A DNA stretch of 64,000 nucleotides from Octopus vulgaris (lineage: Eukaryota). Under the pieces are notes generated by a model that saw nothing but the letters and a program-made list of their open reading frames with translations, did no database searches and was not told the DNA's origin. Of this stretch, positions 56,592 through 64,000 are shown piece after piece. The stretch spans positions 78,864,001 through 78,928,000 of the forward strand of contig OX597822.1 of NCBI GenBank assembly GCA_951406725.2, given 5' to 3'. Each line of letters opens with the position of its first letter. The first letter of the stretch is position 1. Both the position numbers and the translations under genes were made by a program.

Positions 56592-56708
<117 letters not shown>

Positions 56709-57022
56709 TAAGTTATATCTTGAGTTTATTCAGACATAATGTATGCAGTTTCACTTCACCCAGCTGCAACCTTGCTTTTAACATCTATCAAACATCTAGC
56801 TGTGAGTAAACTAGCTCAGCTAATGCAACAGCTATGAGAGAAGGCAGATTTCAAGATGAAGGTATTGCTGAATTGTTGTGCTTGCCCTGATGTCTGTATG
56901 TTATAGTTTCCATTCATTAAGCAAAAGCTGAAGCTGGGAAGACAGGCTGGTTCTGAGCGCCTGCACAGCCCATCTCTACCTTGAATAATCATATAATCAT
57001 TGTACAGGTTTCCTCCTTTGCT

Positions 57023-57072
<50 letters not shown>

Positions 57073-57074
<2 letters not shown>

Positions 57075-58070
57075 TCATCATCATCATCATCATCATTTAA
57101 CGTCCGCTTTCCATGCTAGCATGGGTTGGACGGTTCAACTGGGGTCTGGGGAGCCCGAAAGCTGCACCAGTCCAGTCAGATCTGGCAGTGTTTCTACAGC
57201 TGGATGCCCTTCCTAACGCCAACCACTCCGAGAGTGTAGTGGGTGATTTTATGTGCCACCGACACAGGTGCCAGACGAGGCTGGCAAACGGCCACGCTCG
57301 GATGGTGTTTTTTATGTGCCACCGACACAGGTGCCAGACGAGGCTGGCAGACGGCCACGCTCGGATGGTGTTTTTATGTGCCACCGACACAGGTGCCAGA
57401 TGAGGCTGGCAAACGGCCACGATCGGATGGTGTTTGTTACGTGCCCACAGCACGGAGGCCAGTCGATGCGGTACTGGCTACGGCCACGTTCGTATGGTTT
57501 TCTTGTGTGCCACGTGCCACCGGCACTGGTACCACAAAGATACAAATTCCATTGATGTTCATCTATTTTGATTTGTTTTGATTTTCACTTGCCTCAACAG
57601 GTCTTCACAAGTGTCACAAGAAGGAAGGTATGCACAGGTGGACTGACTACGTCCCAGGTAGGGGCCACAGGTTATGGCCTGACTAGTCTTGCCGGGTCTT
57701 CGGATGGTGTTTTTATGTGCCACCGACACAGGTGCCAGATGAGGCTGGCGAACGGCCACGATCGGATGGTGTTTGTTACGTGCCCACAGCACGGAGGCCA
57801 GTCGGTGCGGTACTGGCTACGGCCACGTTCGGATGGTTTTCTTGTGTGCCACCGGCACTGGTACCACAAGATACAATTCCATTAATGTTCATCTATTTTG
57901 ATTTGTTTTGATTTGATTTGATTTGATTTGTTTTGATTTCATTTTGATTTTCACTTGCCTCAACAGGCCTTCACAAGTATCACAAGGAGGAAGGTATGCA
58001 CAGGTGGACTGACTACGTCCCAGGTAGGGGCCATGGGATATGGCCTGACTAGTCTTGCCGGGTCTTCGGA
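57073..58070 (-). mobile_element. RTE 3' UTR fragment with ~60-bp internal repeats and a ~340-bp tandem duplication
   Basis: (CAT)n tail next to (TA)n; repeated ttttatgtgccaccgacacaggtgccaga units; 57362-57700 repeated from 57701. Confidence 0.8.
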
Positions 58071-60094
58071 TATATATATATATATTTTACGTTTTTCAAA
58101 CTTCAAGTAAAAGATGAATGATGATGTATGAAGGGAGAGAATATCTGTGGGAGACTCTAGTCACAACACTCTTGGCAGAATGGGTTATACAGAGGGATTA
58201 TCAGCCATTAGAGGTATAGAATAGGCAGCCTGAAAGATTTATTCTTGGCAACAACTTAATCTGTCATCTTCTACTGAGTTCTACTTTAAAACTAATAATG
58301 TTAAGAAATATTTGACTGCTATTTCTAATAATATAATTGACCCTCTACAGACTGTTCATTGACTGGTTTGAATGTGAAAGAAAGATTAAAATATAAATAT
58401 ATAAAAAGACAAAAGACAAGCTGGCCATAGGTTCTAAAATCCCCTCTCATATGTGACATCAATAGGGGCAGGCATGGATGTCTGGTAAAAAGCTTGCTTC
58501 CCAACCATATGGATCTAGGTTCAGTCCCACTGCATGGAACCTACTATGTAGCCCCAGGCCAACCAATGCCTCGAGAGTGTATTTGGTAGACAGAAACTGG
58601 AAGAAGCCTGTTGTGTGTGTGTGTATATATGTATGTATGTTTGTGTACATGATATATATGTGTATGTATATATTCTTTTACTTGTTTTAGTTATTTGACT
58701 AGCCATACTGGCGCACTGCTTTTAGTTGAACAGATCAACCCCAGGACTTATTCTTTGTAAGCCTAGTACTTATTCTAATGGTCCCTTTTGCCAAACTGCT
58801 AAGTTATGGAGACATACACCAACATCGGTTGTCAAGCAATGGTCGGGGGACGAACACTGACACACAAACATATACATATATGTATACATGTATGACTGGC
58901 TTCTTTCAGTTTCCGGCTACCAAATCCACTCACAAGGCTTTTGGTCAACCTGAGGCTATAGCAGAAGACACTTGCTTAAAGTGTCATGCAGTGGGACTGA
59001 ACCCGGAACCATGTGGTCGGGAAGCAAGCTTCTTACCACACAGCCACATATATATATATATATACTTCCATACATATATATCATATATACATACATACAT
59101 ATATATGGCACCGTATTGGCATCATGTAAAAGCATCCAGTCCACATTGTAAAGTGGTGGCTTTAGGAATGGCATCCAGCCATTGAAACAACGCTTCCATG
59201 TGGTGCCACGTAAAAGCACTCAGTCCACGCTGTAAAGTGGTGGCATTAGGAAGGGCATCCAGCCACAAAATCTATGCCAAACCAGATGGGTGCCAGATTC
59301 TTTTACACATACACATCCATTTAGCCTTTTGCTTTTATCATTTTTTTATTGTTTGCTTTCTTTAATACACACGCACACACACATACTTTATTGAAATAAT
59401 AAATTTTCTCAAAAATTAAAAATATACTAACGTGTGGTAAGTAGCTTCCTTACAAACCACATGGTTCTGGGTTCAGTCCCACTGAGTGGCACCTTCGATA
59501 AGTGTCTTCTACTATCTCAGTTTCCGGCTACCAAATCCACTCACAAAGGTTTAGTCAGCCTGAGGCTATAGTAGAAGACACTTACCCAAGGTGCCACGTA
59601 GTAAGACTGAACCTGGAACCATGTGGTTGGTAAGCAAGCTGCTTACTACACAGACACTATTGCGCATATGTGTGTGTATATATATAAAATACACTTTATT
59701 GAAATAAAAAAAGTTTTCCCAAAATTAAACATATTTATAGCAACTGACACACACAAACTTACATATATTCACCCACATACATATTCTCACAGACACACAA
59801 ATATTTTACTCAAACATCCCCATAAACACTCCCAAGCATTCACATACAAACATACTTCAAATTCAGTGGCTGACCCAAGCAGTTTTGGATGAATGGGTTT
59901 ATCTTTTGGTACCTTTTTGTGGCTAAAGTTTAGAAAGTATGTTTTTTTTCTTTTTTTGGATGAATATGTGGGGTTTTTTAAAATACTTCAGGAAGACCAC
60001 CATTATGAAATGTCGCTGTCTAAAATGTGACCCTCTTGAGCGTGGGGTGATGCCTGATTGGGACCAATTAGTCCAATCAGCTTAAGGCCAGCCC

Positions 60095-60284
60095 TATGTA
60101 TACATATGTATATATGTGTGTGCGTGTATATATATATATATATATATATATGTTTGTGTATTTATATATATGTGTGTATTTATGTGTGTATTTATATATA
60201 TGTATTTATATATGTGTATTTATATATATGTATGTATATATATGTTTGTGTATTTATATATATATATATGTATGTCTGTGTATT

Positions 60285-60315
<31 letters not shown>

Positions 60316-60424
60316 GTTTGTGTATTTATATATATATGTATGTATATATATGTGTATTTATATATATATGTATGTATGTATATATATGTTTGTGTATTTA
60401 TATATATGTATGTATATATATGTT

Positions 60425-60459
<35 letters not shown>

Positions 60460-60487
60460 ATATGTTTGTGTATTTATATATATACAC
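60095..60487. repeat. TA-rich minisatellite with recurring tgtttgtgtatt(ta)n units
   Basis: direct reading. Confidence 0.9.
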
Positions 60488-61757
60488 ACCAATGAAAAGA
60501 AGACAAAGAGAATGTGACAACACACCTTCGCTGCAAGTCTGAAGTGTCTCTAATGCCTAAAACCGCAGACATGTGAATGTTCATTTAGAACTTTTGCATA
60601 AACTGGTGTTGCAAATAGAGTTGGTACAGAAACAATTGTAACAAATCATGAAAGATGTGTTAAAGAATTCTCTTTGTTTTCTCCATTCATTGGAGTATTT
60701 ACTCCTCACCAAAGCCATTTTACAGTATAGTCATCAGGAAACTTGGATTTTCTACGCTTGAGGAATCTGGCTTTGACCTGGAACCCAACAGTGTTGATAG
60801 CCCAGTATTTAGGTCAAGTGCTTCTCTTAAAATACCCTAATTTCACACCCTATCTGACCTTGTGTGTGTGTGTGTGTGTGTGCATGTGTTTGTGTCTCTT
60901 TCTGTTTGTCCCCCTCACCACCACTTGGCAACTGGTGTTGGTGTGTTTAAATCCCCATAACTTAGCAGTTTTTCAAAAGAAACTGATAGATTAAGTACCA
61001 GGTTTAAAAAAGAAAAAAAGTACAGGAGTCGATTCATTTGATTAAAAATTCTTCAAGGTGGTGCTCCATCATGGTTGCAGTCTAATGACTGAAACAAGTA
61101 AAGGCCATAAGAGTATATTGTAAATCTGTGTATCTGCAGCAGTGGATCTATATGTGACTGTCACTTGTGATTCCAAGCTATGGAAATGCTAACAGCAAAG
61201 GTTGTTAGCAACAACAACATGCTAGAATATTACAGCTGACCTTATGAAGCAAATAAAATGAAAGACAAAGCTTAGTTCTAGTTTAATTGGTATGAAGTGG
61301 ATTAATTGTCAGTCTCCCCTTGGATAGGATACCAGTCTGTTGCGATAACTTTCCAAGATGAGCTGGCACCTCTTCCTCACTGTTGAGATGAAGTGAGGTA
61401 TGTAGAAGGCAGTATTGCTACTGAGACACAATTAAATCCTTGTAGTGGAATCATCACCATTGTCAACCCTTGGACATTATTGTCTTGAGTCCTAGGGCTC
61501 ATAGGGCCAGTTTCCTGGTTTCCACGGTGAGATCACACTGAGATTGCAACATTTCCCCTGGATGAAATGCCAGTCCATTGCAGGGTTACACATTTACTGT
61601 TGAGTGGACAGGAGCAATCTGAAATGAAGTGTTTTGTTTGAAAGCACAGCACACTGCCCAGTCTGGGAATTGAAACCATTAATCTTGCAATCATGAGTGC
61701 AATATGCCAACCACTAGGCCACTTGCCTTCACTAATGGATTTGAATACCTAAATTAA

Positions 61758-62090
<333 letters not shown>

Positions 62091-63269
62091 TGATTCTGTA
62101 GAGCTATGGTCAAAGACACTCTAACCATGACCATCACATCTTTCCAGACAATTTATCTCATACTATCGTATCCAATGTGTCTGTCTTTTTTTATTGTCAA
62201 ATTGTTTGAAGTGTAGAGCAGATGTAAATCTCTGGTGATGAGGTTAATAATCCAAAACAAAAAACAACCAAATTCCTGATTATTTTCAAAATCAGAAACA
62301 CAATTTCTGTACATTTCATCAAAAGTATTATCACTAATGAGTGAAGCTAATTAATATGAAATAGCCTATAAATGGAAGTGCATAGTAGTTAAAATCATAG
62401 GTTTATTGTAGATATATAAAGGACAATTAACATGGTACTTGAATGTGTCACAGGTGATTGTTTGCTGCTGGTGAATGAAAATTTATTTTTAAGGCTGCAC
62501 GTAGAAGTGTTTAACAACACTCATGAACATTTAACAGAAGATTTATTTACTGCATGTTTTCTGTGTTGTTCTTTTACAAATACTAACAGCTACAGTTACA
62601 CACCTGGAGAGACATACTGCTGGGATTTATGACAGATTAACTGATAAAGCAGTTGGTGGCCAGCTCATCACAACTAGAAAATAATCATGCTATATTCATG
62701 ATGACAAAATCTTGGTTTTCTGTCTACTGTAGGTTCTTGGTGAATGAAAATAGAGATGTCAAGCAAATGTCTCAGCATTCTGGGATTACTGCCAAAACCC
62801 ACCTTTATCTAGAGCTCAATGAGAAAGTTCTACAAAGTCAAATCATGTGATGGCTTGATGCTGATTGGTCGCTTAATTGGCTGATCATGTGAAACTACTG
62901 TGGCTTGGTCGTGATGTCTATTTGGCTACCTAGCAATTTGGTTTCGAATCGACTACATCTGTATTTAAAGTGTGTGTGTGTAGCTTCATAAATTAGAACT
63001 GGAGTAAAGTGTATTCATGTGGTTGCACATACAGACATACTGTTTGTATGTTTAATCAATTCATATAGCATGTTTAAGGTGGAAAGCTAGCAGAATCATT
63101 AGAGCATCAGACAAAATGCTTAGTGGCATTTCTTCTGGCTCTTTACGTTCTGCGTTCAGATCCTGCCAAGGTCAACTTTGTCTTGTCCTTTTGGAGTCGA
63201 TAAAATAAAGTATCAGTCAAGTACCCCGGGGTCAGTGTAATCGACTTGCTCCACTCCCACTAGAATTGG

Positions 63270-63878
63270 TCTGATATATTGCTGGGTGTGGCATCAATTC
63301 GTTTCTCCCAGGTTCCTGGAGTTTATTCCAGATCGTTCAAGTGGTGTGAGGTCGTGTGTTGTCTTGTTGCAGAAGTTCTTGCTTTCTCTTGGCCAATGCA
63401 AGGTATTTTTGCCATACAATGGCATACATCTGCTCCAGCTGTCCAGAGTGCAGGTTGGTATTGATGGTTTGACTGTCTGGAACAAACTCATAGTGAATTA
63501 TCCCCTCATAATTGTGTTTGAAAACCCCATGTTTGGTGACAGGTTCTGGGAGCTGGCCCTTGTTTAACAACTACTTATGCACATTAAGCTTGCAGGAGAA
63601 TACCTCCCTCAGATTATTACTTGTTCCAATCCTTGGCTCACTTCCTGTACTTGTGATGCTACATCAATCAAGGAAAAAAAAAAAAGGTGGAAGCTTCAGT
63701 GAAGTTGTTCTTTGCCTCAAGGGATAAGAACTTGTATCAGCATGGAATGAAAGAACTGGCAGAAAAGTGGCTTCAGATGGTGCATCACAATGACCTCTAC
63801 TATGAGTGCTTTTGTTGTAGATTGATGAATAAAGAAAATAAGTTACCAAAATATTGCAAAACTTTTGACTCAACACAA
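63270..63878. mobile_element. Rearranged mariner remnant
   Basis: minus strand YEGIIHYEFVPDSQTIN...LLQQDNTRPHT; plus strand C-terminus FFASRDKNLYQHGMKELAEKWLQMV followed by a TIR-like end and TA. Confidence 0.75.
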
Positions 63879-63923
63879 TAGAATTAGGCACTGAGTAACG
63901 TGTTAATAAAAATTCTTTGACAG

Positions 63924-64000
63924 GACTGGAGAGGTGGACGTGCGGCTGGCCAGAACATTATTCCAAGTTCCACTGGAGCTGCAAAAGCTGTTGGCAAAGT
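63924..64000 (+). CDS. GAPDH: GAPDH coding exon 7, truncated by the window end ([26 protein letters not shown])
   Basis: tttgacag acceptor; S-loop DWRGGR and [13 protein letters not shown] motifs. Confidence 0.96.

Noticed and set aside
57240-57911. CRISPR-like spaced repeats and overlapping repetitive ORFs
   Set aside because: Contiguous ~60-bp tandem units of an RTE 3' UTR with no unique spacers and no cas genes, in eukaryotic DNA.
63924-63950. Plant/fungal-like DWRGGRAA S-loop suggesting horizontal transfer
   Set aside because: DWRGGR is normal in many invertebrate GAPDHs, and the intron positions are animal-like.

Overview
Eukaryotic, AT-rich, repeat-dense animal DNA. The SINE, RTE and microsatellite landscape looks like an octopus (coleoid cephalopod) genome, which is an inference. 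The only host gene I can support is a spliced GAPDH on the + strand: seven coding exons from 43063 to the window end, with its non-coding first exon somewhere upstream. The rest is transposon debris: mariner, DD37D/maT, hAT, piggyBac, Tigger and foldback MITEs, two solo LTRs, RTE LINE fragments carrying a PHD finger inside the RT, three tRNA-SINE families and microsatellites. The most notable item lies in a GAPDH intron at 48809-49680. It is a non-coding ~353-bp unit in tandem plus inverted arrangement, bounded by a 13-bp target-site duplication and carrying two minimal type I hammerhead ribozyme motifs with a palindromic stem III. This is a candidate Penelope-associated retrozyme (circRNA-forming element). 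Most ORFs in the supplied track are microsatellite or SINE artefacts.
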